Origin: an uncultured delta proteobacterium
GTDB taxonomy: Bacteria > Desulfobacterota > WTBG01 > CAIYCZ01 > CAIRTM01
Reading direction: 5' to 3'
DNA: 64,000 bases
Assembly: GCA_963718965.1 (NCBI GenBank)
Contig: CAVRBJ010000027.1
Span: 1,470-65,469, forward strand
Positions 10,614 through 21,191 of this stretch are shown piece after piece. Position 1 is the first letter of the stretch; each line of letters opens with the position of its first letter. The translations under genes were made by a program, and so were the position numbers. Under the pieces are notes generated by a model. It had not been told where the DNA came from. It did no database searches and saw only the letters and a list, made by a program, of their open reading frames with translations.

Positions 10614-11539
10614 ACCTGCGCCTTCAAAACAGTTATCTCATCAAGATTGCAGGTGCCAAGGCCGAGCTTCTGGGCTGCCGCTATATGCTTCACCTGTGCC
10701 GGGGCAAAGCCCTGGCCATACCATTTAGCAAGGGTAACGCCATAGGCATCAACCGCTACCTGATCTGTGCCTGCGACAATGGTTTTGGGGAAGTCGACGA
10801 GACCCGGGCCTGAAGGCCCGCCGTTTACCAGAGCGCGGGAGCCGTCGAGGATGACCAGATTTACCTTCACCGTTGCAGCAAGCTCGGCAATGGCTTGGTT
10901 GATATCAACCGATGCGTGGAAATAACCGCGGTCCCAGATAAGGCCCATGAGCCCTTTCATGCCAAGGCTGACACCTGTGGTGGAGTGGGACTTGGCAGTG
11001 GGCAGGCTTATGATTACATCGCTGTGCAGCACGTCTTTGATGAGCTTTACCTCTTTCAGCTCTTTGCCGTTTTTAATGGCAACCGGCTCAAAGAGCTTTT
11101 CATCGTAAATTACAAATGCATGCGTATTTTTTATTCCTTTGCAGGCATCCGCTATGCCGGAAAAGCCGAGACATTTTTCAGGCGGGTTGAAGGGATAGTC
11201 AATAATGATAACCTCGGCTGCTCCTGCGTCTATGCACAGGCGTGCCACGGTTGCCACCACTTCCGGGTGCGTATTGGTTGCCCGGTCGGGTCCGTGGGGA
11301 AATGACATGTTGGGCTTGAGGCAGACGCGGCTTCCCTTTTTGACAAACATCTCCATGCCGCCGATCATCGATACGGCCTTTTTTACCGCATCGATGCGGT
11401 TGCCCGTGACAGCGGCAATGGTTGCTTTGGGCTGTGGGGCTGCAAACGATTTCAAGGGATGAAAGAGCGCCGGGGGGAGCGTTGCAGCAGCAGTAAAAAC
11501 AGCTGTTTTACAAAGAAGGTCTCTGCGCGTGATTTTCAT
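10610..11539 (-). CDS. DUF362 protein with Tat signal
   Basis: MKITRRDLL twin-arginine signal; LKPN, TNTHPEVV, PTAKSH..GVSLGMKGLMG, DQVAVDA. Confidence 0.9.
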   Translation of the reverse strand: MKITRRDLLCKTAVFTAAATLPPALFHPLKSFAAPQPKATIAAVTGNRIDAVKKAVSMIGGMEMFVKKGSRVCLKPNMSFPHGPDRATNTHPEVVATVARLCIDAGAAEVIIIDYPFNPPEKCLGFSGIADACKGIKNTHAFVIYDEKLFEPVAIKNGKELKEVKLIKDVLHSDVIISLPTAKSHSTTGVSLGMKGLMGLIWDRGYFHASVDINQAIAELAATVKVNLVILDGSRALVNGGPSGPGLVDFPKTIVAGTDQVAVDAYGVTLAKWYGQGFAPAQVKHIAAAQKLGLGTCNLDEITVLKAQV

Positions 11540-11586
11540 GGAAGGACTCCTTTTTGCCTGATTAAACGATACGAAGGGTATAGACA

Positions 11587-11615
11587 ATTATAGAACGTGC
11601 ACAGGCGAGTGTCAA
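11587..11615 (-). promoter_or_regulatory. Perfect consensus sigma70 promoter for the DUF362 operon
   Basis: Minus strand TTGACA (11615-11610), 17 bp, TATAAT (11592-11587). Confidence 0.85.
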
Positions 11616-11633
11616 CAGCGGGGGTAGCCCGCT

Positions 11634-12773
11634 TCATCTGAAAATTTTATGTGTGGCTTTATTTATACCAATTTCAATCAGCATGGCGGCTGCTGCAATA
11701 ATCATAATGAGCCCGACAGTTGCAAAAATAAAAATTATCATGGGCTGGCCCCGCAAACGTTCACCGAAATAGACGGCATAGGGCTGGTGCAGCAGGTAGA
11801 TGCCGAAGGAATAGACCCCGGCTGCAGGCAGCAGGGGGCCGATGATTGCCCTGCGCTCAAAGAGCCGGGAGACCTGCGCCACGATAATAAAAAGGCCCGT
11901 GCCGATGAGCCCGTCGGTAAATGCAAGCGTGAATCCCGGCCGGTAGCTTGCCCCGCCAAGCATATAGATAAGCAGGCCCGCGGCAAGCATGGGCCATGAA
12001 AAAAGCAGCTTTTCAACCTTGACCGGCTGCCGTGAAAACAGTGCGCCAAGAACCATGCCCGCTGCAAACTCCCAGAGCCTGCAGCCGAAGAATGCGCCCA
12101 TGAGAAAGTTGCCGTTTGCTTCGAGCACGCCGAAGATGAGATAGCGGCTGCCGATGGTTATGGCAGCGCAGATGCAAAGAAAAACCGCCGGACCCAGCCT
12201 TTGCAGCAGGCGGTACAGAACCGGGAACACCAGATACAGCTCAAGCAGCAGGCCGAAAAACCACCAGGAGGGATTGAGATAAAAAAACATGGTGTCTGCC
12301 GGCCACACCCGGTCGCCGAGCAGGCTGAGCAGGAATCGAAAGTCGATGGGTTCGGTGCGGTTGATGCAGGGTGAAATAAGATAGATGAGATGCGCAGCCC
12401 AGTAGAGGGGAAAGAGCCTCAAAAACCTGCGGCCATACCAGGCAGGCCAGCCCTGTGCGCTTTTCAGCAGGCCCAGCGTGAGGCTGAAGCCGCTCAGCGC
12501 GAGAAAGACGCCAACAGCCTGGGGCCCCCGCTGGAACAGGGAGGCAAACAGTCCATCAATGAAGCAGTTCAGCCATCCGGTAATGGATTGCGCCGGACAG
12601 CCGTTTAGATACTCCGGGAACCCGGCCAGGGATAGCGGCCAGGGATAGCGGCCCGTATCATACACGCTGAAGCAGTGAAAAAAGGCAACCCAGATAATGC
12701 ATATGCCCTTCATGGAATCGATCCATGTGAGGCGCGACGGCGGGCATGAAGACGTACATGAAAATCCGGACAT
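11634..12773 (-). CDS. Acyltransferase family 3
   Basis: WIDSMKG..H, VFLALSGFSL, RRFLRLFPLYW, WWF..ELYLVFP, SFGIYLLH. Confidence 0.9.
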   Translation of the reverse strand: MSGFSCTSSCPPSRLTWIDSMKGICIIWVAFFHCFSVYDTGRYPWPLSLAGFPEYLNGCPAQSITGWLNCFIDGLFASLFQRGPQAVGVFLALSGFSLTLGLLKSAQGWPAWYGRRFLRLFPLYWAAHLIYLISPCINRTEPIDFRFLLSLLGDRVWPADTMFFYLNPSWWFFGLLLELYLVFPVLYRLLQRLGPAVFLCICAAITIGSRYLIFGVLEANGNFLMGAFFGCRLWEFAAGMVLGALFSRQPVKVEKLLFSWPMLAAGLLIYMLGGASYRPGFTLAFTDGLIGTGLFIIVAQVSRLFERRAIIGPLLPAAGVYSFGIYLLHQPYAVYFGERLRGQPMIIFIFATVGLIMIIAAAAMLIEIGINKATHKIFR

Positions 12774-13187
12774 GGGTTTCAGGCTTTAAACAGTACAGGT
12801 TAAGGCCGGGAATTGTTTTTTATAATCCATTTTACTGTCTGGTTTAGGCTATACCTTTTTAACCGGCCCGGTGCAACGATTTTGCCTGACGGCGGCCGGC
12901 AGGCCGCTGGCGGTTGCCACCACGCTGCTTTGTTGTGCCTGAGCACCGGGCTCTGATATTTCCATACGGCCCCCCTGTCCTGCCGTCACAACAAAAACCA
13001 CCATATTCCCTTGAGCAGAAACGGATATCCCGAAGCACGCTGTGGAGCTTATAGCCGTACATACCCTACTCCCGACCTTCTCCCCTTAAGGGTGCGACGG
13101 TCGCTTGTGAAAGTCTGCTTTGAGATTAAAAAATCAATGCGTACGCTGGGCATGATTGCAGGAGGGTACCGTACGCCTGTAAGGAGC

Positions 13188-15017
13188 TTACTGCACAAGA
13201 GGGGTTATTTTTTTATCTGCAGCTTTGAAATATTTTTCAAAATCAGCATAAATAGTATTTTTACAAGCCGGCATCTCCTGCGATGGAATGCCCTGATCCG
13301 CTTGTGCTGAAAATTCGTCCGCAGCTTCAAAACAAACTTTTAATACCCGGGCGCTGGCCTCTGCCAGTTCGGAAAACTTTTTTTTATGAGCATCACGTTT
13401 GGCCTGGTTTTGAAGGGAGAAGTGTTCCGCATGTTCCAGCTGTTCAAAAAAAGCCTTCGCCTGCGCTTCAAAATTTAAAAGCTCAGCCAGGGCCTGAATT
13501 AAGTAAAAAGAAGGTAGTTGGGCCGTGCAGAATTCAATGACGGAATAATCGAAAGATGCATGCAAGTCATGCTCTATTTTGTCAGCCATGTCCTGTCCTG
13601 TTCGCCCGTGCATTTTCTTCGCCTCGTTTCTTAACATGCAGAGCTGGCCGACTGGCTGGAACAGCCCCTTGAGATTCGCAACAAAGGCCTCCAGAAAAAT
13701 GCGGATCAAATCTTTCAGGCTTTTAATATCATTTTCAATGACAAAATGAATGCTTTCAATCTCTTCATGCCATGCGGCGTAATCAAAGGTTAATTTGCAG
13801 GCAATAGGGTATGCCTTTAACCATCCTTGCAGCGGGAGGTCGATTTTCTCCGGCAGCACTTTAAAAAAAACTGTGTACCATTCGATATTGTTAAGGACGG
13901 CACCTGCGAGAACATCATCCGGGACATCAAGCAGCGACCAGTAAAGCGCGCTGATAATAACATCTTTTGCCCGGTTAAATTTTTCTTCATCAATTTTATA
14001 CTGCCTGTCGATTAACAGCTTTTCTTCAAAGTGCTTTTCGATAAGCGCCAGCGCCCCGCGATAGACTTTTTCCTGTTCCGCCTTTTTTGTGTTGAGCGTG
14101 GCAATTTCATTTTCTATCTTTTTAATAGCCGTCTCAGCTGTCTGAGTTTTTTGACTGTGCGTTTCCCTGCCAAACAGCTTGGGCGGATTTTCTTTTAGAG
14201 CGGCCAGATCCTGCCCTGCTTCAATCAGATTTTTTTCAAGGCGCAACAGTTTTTTGTTTTGTTCCTCGCGTACGCTCAGAACGCGGTCGGCGCTGCTTTT
14301 GTCTTCATACGCAACAGGGTTTGTTAAATAATTCTTTTTATACGCAAAGCCTTTCATCTCAGCTATCAACTGAAACGGTTCCTTGTTGCCCAAACGATCC
14401 GCAAGGTCATGCAGCTGATCAATCTGCGATTCCGGACCATGAGTCTCCTGCCGTGGCAATGCCGGTGCTTCTGGTTCAGCTGCCGGCCTGCTGAATGTAA
14501 TGACCATATCGTTTTCTGCATCTTCACCAGCCCTTTTCCCTGCCGCATTCTTTGCAGCTGTTCCTGCTGGCGCTGAGCCTGCCTGGGCTGCTTCCCCCGC
14601 ATTTTTTTCCTCCTCCGGTTCACGGGCGAACTCCAGCAGAGCGGCGCTTTTCGGTTGCTGCGGCCCCCATGCTTTGATGAGCGCGTCTGCCGTTGCCCGA
14701 TCTACGCCGCACATCGCAATAAGCCAATCCTGCAGGGGAATGCCCTGAAGATCAGCCAATTTTTCAAAAGAGCCCATGTCGCGCATATACGATTCAAACA
14801 GCTCCTGTGAGGCGGTACTGCCGGCAGCAGCCGGAGGGCCGGGAGAGCCGTTTTTTTTGCTGGACCATTCTTGAATAAGGGCCTCTGCAAGCTCTTCATC
14901 AATGCCGACCTTTTTCATGAGCAACTCTTTTAATGCAAGGCCATTCCTGGCAGCTATTGTCTGGAAATTATCCATTTTGCTGAAGTATGATTCAAACGTC
15001 TCTTGTGAGTAGCTCAT
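13188..15017 (-). CDS. Hypothetical helical/coiled-coil protein with a duplicated N-terminal module
   Basis: 609-aa ORF with two ~50-aa repeats, an Ala/Glu/Pro linker and a coiled-coil centre. Confidence 0.8.
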   Translation of the reverse strand: MSYSQETFESYFSKMDNFQTIAARNGLALKELLMKKVGIDEELAEALIQEWSSKKNGSPGPPAAAGSTASQELFESYMRDMGSFEKLADLQGIPLQDWLIAMCGVDRATADALIKAWGPQQPKSAALLEFAREPEEEKNAGEAAQAGSAPAGTAAKNAAGKRAGEDAENDMVITFSRPAAEPEAPALPRQETHGPESQIDQLHDLADRLGNKEPFQLIAEMKGFAYKKNYLTNPVAYEDKSSADRVLSVREEQNKKLLRLEKNLIEAGQDLAALKENPPKLFGRETHSQKTQTAETAIKKIENEIATLNTKKAEQEKVYRGALALIEKHFEEKLLIDRQYKIDEEKFNRAKDVIISALYWSLLDVPDDVLAGAVLNNIEWYTVFFKVLPEKIDLPLQGWLKAYPIACKLTFDYAAWHEEIESIHFVIENDIKSLKDLIRIFLEAFVANLKGLFQPVGQLCMLRNEAKKMHGRTGQDMADKIEHDLHASFDYSVIEFCTAQLPSFYLIQALAELLNFEAQAKAFFEQLEHAEHFSLQNQAKRDAHKKKFSELAEASARVLKVCFEAADEFSAQADQGIPSQEMPACKNTIYADFEKYFKAADKKITPLVQ

Positions 15018-15098
15018 AGATGTTCAATCAATATTTTAAAACATGATTTCAGGATACTAAATCCTTTAGCACAGCACCACAGAAACAAGGTGGCAAAA

Positions 15099-15208
15099 TG
15101 CCGGACACGAACCTGAATGCAACGTGTTAATGCAGGCCGGACAAAGCGCAGCGTGTCCGGCGCTAGCGTAAGCATGGAGCAGGAAATCAGGTGCTTTGTC
15201 CGGCCTAC
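15099..15208. repeat. GTAG-family REP doublet
   Basis: gcaggccggacaaagcgcagcgtgtccggc plus the inverted gtgctttgtccggcctac; an extra gccggacacg near 15100. Confidence 0.65.
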
Positions 15209-15660
15209 GGTTTTTGTTTTTAGCCCCCTCTTTTGTGGGGCGTTCTACGAAGCCGCAGAATCCGACATGAGGAGCAAAGTATCATAAGTTGTGTAGACCC
15301 GTCCTGAGTCATACAACAGATTCTGCAGCATGGGGGTGATGATCTGCGGCGAAATTTTTTCGATACTGTACACTATCATCATAGCAGCCGATATGCCATC
15401 CAAAATTTTCGTGGGCTTACCAGCCCGTTACCGGCCCGCTAAACTGTCCGCACATCGTGCGGCACATGCTTTTTGCGGTCTACTCCTCCTGCGGGACGGA
15501 TACATTTTCAGGCTGAGCAAGGCGGACAAATTTCGGTGCTGAAAATAGGGGGGAATGCAACTGCGCACAAAAAAAAGAGGGTGTTAACTCTCTTTTTCCG
15601 CTTCAAAAGCCAAAGGTGTGGCGCACCGGGCTGCCGTTTTTTCAGAAAAAAATGCGCGTA

Positions 15661-16996
15661 TTATTTCACCTCACCTGCCACGGCATTTTCAAGCATGGCC
15701 CGGGAGATGAAATAGTCGTACAGGCTGTTGTTGTAGTTTGACCGGGCATGGGTCAAAAGCGTCTGCGCATCAAGCACATCGGTCGTAGTTGACATCTGCT
15801 GGTCGAAGCGGTTCTGGCAGATGCGGAAATTTTCTTCGGCCCGTGGCAATGGCGGTGCGGGATACATTAATATTCTTCCAGTTCTCCTGGCACCGCAGCC
15901 AGGTTGCCTTGACCTGCAGCATGACATTGTCGACGACCTCCTTTTTTGTCTCCTGCGCTTCCAGCAGCTTCACCTTCTGCTCCCCGACCACATTGCCCTT
16001 TTTGCCCCATTCCCAGAATGTCCAGTCAAGATTGACAGATACGTTCCATGATTCCGGATCCTGGTACAGGGTGCCGCGCACATCGGCCTGGTTGCCCTGG
16101 CGGTTGTAGGAGGACATAAGGAAGGCCTTGGGGTAATAGCTGCCCTGTGCAAGCTTCACCCCGGTTTGGGCCTGTTTGATGGACATGTCAATCTGCTGAA
16201 TGACTGGCCTGCGCTGCATGGCAAGGGCCTGGCCTTCGGTAAGCGAAAGGGAGAGCTTTTCGGCGCCACTCATGTCGGCTATTTCAACGGGCGTGTTTAT
16301 ATCCTGGTGCAGCACGGTATTGAACGTGGCCCGGGCAAGCTCAACGCCCTCATCTGCGCGCACGAGGTCCTGCTCGGCCTGCGCAAGACGCACCTGCGCT
16401 TCCAGCAAATCGTTCTTAGCAATCATCTCCTGCTGAAAAAAAGCGCTCGCTGTTTTTTCATGCGACTGGATCTGCGCTACAGCCTGACGCGCCACCTCCC
16501 GGAGCTTCTGTGCTTTAAGAATGGTGAAGTAGGTCGCCTTGACGCTGTACATGAGCTCGTTGCGGGCTGTGTCGTTTTTGAGCCGCGCCACATCAACCCC
16601 CAGCTTTTCAAGCTTGTATTTATTGTAAATTTCACCGCCAGTGAAAAGCGGCTGCACCAGGTGCAGGTCCCACTGGTACACGTTCTGTGTGCCGACAACA
16701 GCATTGATGCTTTGCGGGTATATGTCGCCCGGGGGCAATTTCAGCCGCGGCGGCTCATTGAGGCGGCTATAGGTATAGGCGGTGCCGACCTTGGGCAGAA
16801 AGTCTGCTCCGGCTGCCTTGCGGCGATGCTCGGCACCCTGAATGCCGAGGCCGGCGGTTTTGAAACCCGGATTCTGCTCAAGGGCAAGGGCAATGGCTTT
16901 TTCAAGCGTGAGCCGCGTGGCGTTATCGGCGGCAACCGCAAAGGCTGGCAACAGCACTAATGCTGCGGCGAGCAGTAGTTTAATGCATCGGCACAT
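15661..16996 (-). CDS. TolC-family outer membrane efflux protein; frameshift near 15840
   Basis: Signal peptide, LTLEKAIALALEQNP, QPLFTGG; C-terminus TTDVLDAQTLL in ORF 15661-15927. Confidence 0.9.
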
Positions 16997-18545
16997 GTGT
17001 TACTCCATCTTTTGAATCCTGTTTTTTTATGAAAAGGCAGAATATGACGGCAAACATCCCCATGATCGTCAGCCAGAAAATGTCGCTTTGAACAGCATAG
17101 ATATAGGACTTGACCGTGATAAAAAGCTCCATCATTTTGAGGGCTTTTTTATCGAGCAGCTGCCCGGGCGTGCCCTGAAAGTGCAGGTAGCCCTCCAGAG
17201 ACCGCAGGGTGTTCATGGCGGCGATATTGCCGTAGTTTATAGTTCTGCCGAATGACTCAAAAAATGTGTCGGCCTTGCGCTCAAGGATGGTAACCGAAAT
17301 AGCCGTGCCAACGCTGCCTGCAAGCAGCCTGGCGACATTCTGTCCGCAGGCAACAAGATCAAACTTGTCCTGGGGCACGCCGCTGTAGCCGATAGCCTGT
17401 ATCGGCGGGAAGTTGGCGGCTAGAGGGATGTTCCAGAACAGAAACAGCCACATCACCGTGCTGCGCTCGGTGTACAGATCTACCGTGCTCAGCGCAAGAC
17501 CGCTGATAAACATAAAAGCCGATGATATGAAAAAGATTTTTTTGGGATCGTACTTGTCCGAGAGGTAGCCCGCGACAAAAACTCCAACACCTGCCATAAT
17601 GCCGCCAGGAAGCATGGTGAGGCCTGTCGTCAGCGTGGTGAATTGCCGGAACCGTTCAAGGTACAGGGGCACCATCATGAAGATGCCGTAGATTGCCGCG
17701 CTCATGGCAAACATGCAGAGCACGCTCATGGTGAAATTGCGGTATTTGAATATGCGCAGGTCAAAAAGCGGCTTCTCCGTGTTGAGTTCTATCCAGATAA
17801 ACAGCGGCAGTGAAATGGCAAAGATAAACACAAGCATAAGGATAAAGTCCGACTGCAGCCAGCCGTTTTCCTGCCCCTTGCTTAAGAATGCAATCAGCGA
17901 GCCGAAGGTCAGAGACATGGTGATAAACCCCGGCAGATCAAAGGACTTGGCGGACGCATCTTTTCTGCCGGTTTCCCAGAGCAGCATGAGGGTAAGAAAA
18001 ACGCCGATGATGCCGATGGGCAGATTTACATAAAAAACCCACCGCCAGCTCAGGTGCTCGGTTATGATGCCGCCCAGGGTTGGCCCCAGCGCAGGCGCGC
18101 AGCTTGCCCCCAGGCCGTAGACGCCCAGGGCCAGGCCGCGCTCCTCTTCGGGGAAAACCTCGCAGAGAATTATCATGCCGACGGGCACAACGATACCCTC
18201 GCCGATGCCCTGACAAAAACGGGCTACATTCATCATGCCGATGCTGGTCGCCTGGCCGCAGATGGCCGAAAAGACGGTAAAGATGACAAGGCCCAGCAGA
18301 TAGGTGTTGCGATGCCCCAGCACCGAGCTCAGCCAGCCCACGCTGGTCATGGCAATGGCGGCTGCTATGAAATAGGAGATGATGACCCACTGGACGCCGT
18401 AGGTGTCGGTGTTGAGCGAGGACATCATCTTTGGGAGCACCACGTCGACGATGGTGCCGTCAAGCAGGGTGATGAAAATGCCGATCATCACGATGCAGGC
18501 GGCGGTCCATTTCGAGCCGGGCTGGAGTGCAGTATCCGGATTCAT
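16980..18545 (-). CDS. emrB: DHA2 MFS drug:H+ antiporter (EmrB/QacA-like)
   Basis: LDGTIVDVVLP, APALGPTLGG, WRWVFYVNLPIG; about 14 TM helices. Start uncertain (18545 or 18560). Confidence 0.9.
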   Translation of the reverse strand: MNPDTALQPGSKWTAACIVMIGIFITLLDGTIVDVVLPKMMSSLNTDTYGVQWVIISYFIAAAIAMTSVGWLSSVLGHRNTYLLGLVIFTVFSAICGQATSIGMMNVARFCQGIGEGIVVPVGMIILCEVFPEEERGLALGVYGLGASCAPALGPTLGGIITEHLSWRWVFYVNLPIGIIGVFLTLMLLWETGRKDASAKSFDLPGFITMSLTFGSLIAFLSKGQENGWLQSDFILMLVFIFAISLPLFIWIELNTEKPLFDLRIFKYRNFTMSVLCMFAMSAAIYGIFMMVPLYLERFRQFTTLTTGLTMLPGGIMAGVGVFVAGYLSDKYDPKKIFFISSAFMFISGLALSTVDLYTERSTVMWLFLFWNIPLAANFPPIQAIGYSGVPQDKFDLVACGQNVARLLAGSVGTAISVTILERKADTFFESFGRTINYGNIAAMNTLRSLEGYLHFQGTPGQLLDKKALKMMELFITVKSYIYAVQSDIFWLTIMGMFAVIFCLFIKKQDSKDGVTHVPMH

Positions 18546-18602
18546 TTGTTGTATTCCCATTAATAGTGGTGGTTCATCCACTCTTGATGGTTATGCGTTA
18601 CC

Positions 18603-18630
18603 GTAGGGGCGGTTCGCGAACCGCCCCTAC
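18603..18630. repeat. GTAG REP perfect palindrome, followed by short aac(c/t)aa-type repeats
   Basis: gtaggggcggttcgcgaaccgcccctac; repeats at 18638-18678. Confidence 0.85.
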
Positions 18631-18668
18631 TATTAATCTAACCAACCAAACCAATTGAACTAATCAAA

Positions 18669-19784
18669 CTAATTCAACCGTATTCCGACCGTTACCGAAT
18701 ACCCCGGCTTTAATAAGTGATCGGGGTCGTCGGTAATCTGAATTTTTATCGGTATGCGCTGCACGACTTTGGTGAACTCGCCGGTGGTGGTGTCGCGCGG
18801 TATGAGCATGAACTGCGAGCCCGTGGCATCCCCTATTTTAATGACCTTGCCCTGAAATGTGCGTTTTGAAAAGGCATCCACTTCCAGATTAACAGGTTGC
18901 CCCAGGGCCACGCCCTTCATTTTTGTTTCTTCAAGCTGGGCGCGCACGAAAACATTGTCAATATCATAGATGCTGAAAATGGGGAAACCCGGTGTAGCAT
19001 AGTCGCCGGCATGGATGAACTTTTTTGCCACCACGCCGTTGATGGGGCTTTTCATCCGGGTGTGTTCAAGATTAAGCTTTGCAACTTCAAGGCCTTTTGC
19101 GGCCTCCTTTGCTTCCTTCTCAGCTGCCATAATCTTTGTTTCAAGCTCTTTGACCACAAGCTTTTCAGCCACGACGCGCTCGTAGGTCTCTCTGGCCACA
19201 TGCACGCCGAGTTTGGCGGAACTAAGCGTTGCCAGAGCTGCCGTGCGCTCGGCATTGATGTTGTCGAACTGATGCCTGGCAACGCTTTTGGTCTCATACA
19301 GATTTCCAACGCGCTTGAAATCGCGCTCCACGCGGTCAAAATTCGCCTGCGCTTTTTTCAGATCATCCTCGGCTTTTGCAATGCCGCTTTGCGCAATGTT
19401 TGTTTCTCGATCGACAACCTGCGTAGTCCGTTCAAGGGTAATTTTTAAAACCTCGGCATTCTTGAGGGCCTTTTCCGCCTTTGCCTGCGACAGCTCAACC
19501 TGCGCCTGGTAATCAACCGGGTCGAGGATAGCCAGCAGTTGGTCCTTTTTTATGACATAGGATTCATCAACCAGCAGCTCCTTGATATGGCCCGGCACGC
19601 GGGGGGTCATGTTGATGAGGTCGGATTCAACAAAAGCATCATCGGTAATGGCATGGGTGAACCGGTAATAGAGCCAGAACATGCCATAGGGTATGCCGGC
19701 AATAATCACAAGAATGCATATGGCATTGGTGATTCTGCTCTTCAGGTCAGCGGCTTTCCATTTGCTAAAAATGCTCATGTTCAT
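18669..19784 (-). CDS. emrA: HlyD/EmrA membrane fusion protein
   Basis: TDDAFV, ATGSQFMLIP..TGEFTKVVQRIPIKI, LKPGYSV. Confidence 0.92.
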   Translation of the reverse strand: MNMSIFSKWKAADLKSRITNAICILVIIAGIPYGMFWLYYRFTHAITDDAFVESDLINMTPRVPGHIKELLVDESYVIKKDQLLAILDPVDYQAQVELSQAKAEKALKNAEVLKITLERTTQVVDRETNIAQSGIAKAEDDLKKAQANFDRVERDFKRVGNLYETKSVARHQFDNINAERTAALATLSSAKLGVHVARETYERVVAEKLVVKELETKIMAAEKEAKEAAKGLEVAKLNLEHTRMKSPINGVVAKKFIHAGDYATPGFPIFSIYDIDNVFVRAQLEETKMKGVALGQPVNLEVDAFSKRTFQGKVIKIGDATGSQFMLIPRDTTTGEFTKVVQRIPIKIQITDDPDHLLKPGYSVTVGIRLN

Positions 19785-20392
19785 TCTCCGGTTTCTCTGG
19801 TCGGCATGCCGACGGTAAAGAGTTTAAAAATATGATTTTTAAAAATGGTGCGCTCATAGACCCGCGTGTTCAAGGAGCGCCCGATCTGCTGAAAAACATT
19901 TTCCTGAGAAAAATAAAAAAGAAGCATCGATACAAGGCTCATTTCGACAAGCTGCGCATCAAGATCTGGCCGTATAAATCCCAGCTTCTGCCCCTGCTGC
20001 AGAAAGCCTGCTATGCGCTGGGAAACTTTTATAAAATATTTGTCCGTGAGCAGGGCAACATAGTGGCCGTTGCCGCTGATTTCGCGCTGAATGATATTGT
20101 AGACCTTGGCGCCTTTAGCGAATGTCTGCTCGAAGTGGTCGATGATAGCCGACAGCGTAGCCTGCGGTTTACTGTCTTTGGTAAGCAGCAGCTCAAGACC
20201 CTGATAGAAAAGCTCAAGATTTTCTTCAAGCAGCCCAAGGTAGAGGGCCTCTTTGTTTTTGAAATGATAATAGATCATGGGCTTGGTGAGTCCGGCCTTT
20301 TCAGCTATTTCGCGCATTGATGCGGCATCGAAGCCTTTTTCAAAAAAGACTCCGATCGCTGCGTCAATAATTTTTTCTTTAGAATTCATCAT
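19781..20392 (-). CDS. TetR/AcrR regulator
   Basis: KGFDAASMREIAEKAGLTKPMIYYHFKNKEALY helix-turn-helix. Confidence 0.95.
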   Translation of the reverse strand: MMNSKEKIIDAAIGVFFEKGFDAASMREIAEKAGLTKPMIYYHFKNKEALYLGLLEENLELFYQGLELLLTKDSKPQATLSAIIDHFEQTFAKGAKVYNIIQREISGNGHYVALLTDKYFIKVSQRIAGFLQQGQKLGFIRPDLDAQLVEMSLVSMLLFYFSQENVFQQIGRSLNTRVYERTIFKNHIFKLFTVGMPTRETGE

Positions 20393-20405
20393 TTGGCCAT
20401 TGTTT

Positions 20406-20448
20406 ACTTACCGGTAGGTAAGTTACTATGTTTCAGTTCTCCTGTCAA
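20406..20448 (-). promoter_or_regulatory. tetR promoter with overlapping palindromic operator
   Basis: TTGACA (20448-20443), 17 bp, TAACTT (20425-20420), overlapping ACTTACC-ggta-GGTAAGT (20406-20423). Confidence 0.75.
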
Positions 20449-20671
20449 GAAACAGGTTAATTTTGTTAAATGTTTAAATCAGTTTAGGCCTCTTCGCCAC
20501 CGGAAACGGCAGAGGGAGTGGGTTGAGGCGAGAAGTGCTTTGATTCAAACGATCCCTCCCCGGGGCAAGGTCGGGGTGAGGGGGCATACTGGGGTTATTT
20601 GCAAGAGTTTGTCGCAGCTCCGGCTTGACCGGAGTGCATTTTGCACTCAGGATGACCCTCCAAATACGAAA

Positions 20672-20713
20672 AATAATAAAAGCCCGTCAGAGTGATTGAC
20701 AGGCTTTTATTAT
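20672..20713. terminator. Bidirectional terminator-like hairpin in a divergent intergenic region
   Basis: aataataaaagcccgtca...tgacaggcttttattatt. Confidence 0.6.
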
Positions 20714-21093
20714 TCGGGGCTGTTTCGTGCCTTAACTTTTCAAATGGTAGTGACAGCAGAATCGGAGGCGATTGCCCCATTTTTGCTTTTATTGACGCAA
20801 AACCGCCAATTTTTATATTTTGCCCATTCAAAAAGTTACCCCTGTCAAATTATTATATGCTTTTCCCGCCCCAAATCGCGGTTCTATAAAAAGACTATAA
20901 AAAAACTTGACGGTTCATTTTTTAAATTGTACATAAAATATTAAATAACACTTGCTGCACTGTTCAAAGACTTTGATTTTCAAAAGCTGAAACTTCAAGG
21001 GCACTTACGAAAGAGCCTCTAAAGTTTATGAGAGCAGGGGGGGCTGTTTCAATTTTAAAGATAAACAGACAAACAAATTTTTTTTAAAATAAA

Positions 21094-21191
21094 CTATACT
21101 GACCAGTCAGCTTATCAATCACCCTAATTTTTTTGCTGCTAAGCGGCTAAATTATTTTTTGAATTAACTCTATACTGACCAGTCGGTTAAC
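21094..21191. promoter_or_regulatory. Duplicated TetR-like operator
   Basis: CTATACTGACCAGTC at 21094 and 21170, quasi-palindromic and similar to the 20406 operator. Confidence 0.6.

Noticed and set aside
12859-13062. 67-aa minus-strand ORF
   Set aside because: No recognisable motif and only a weak RBS; cannot be supported.
20950-21050. Possible c-di-GMP riboswitch
   Set aside because: Lacks the GCAAA/GAAA-receptor core arrangement.
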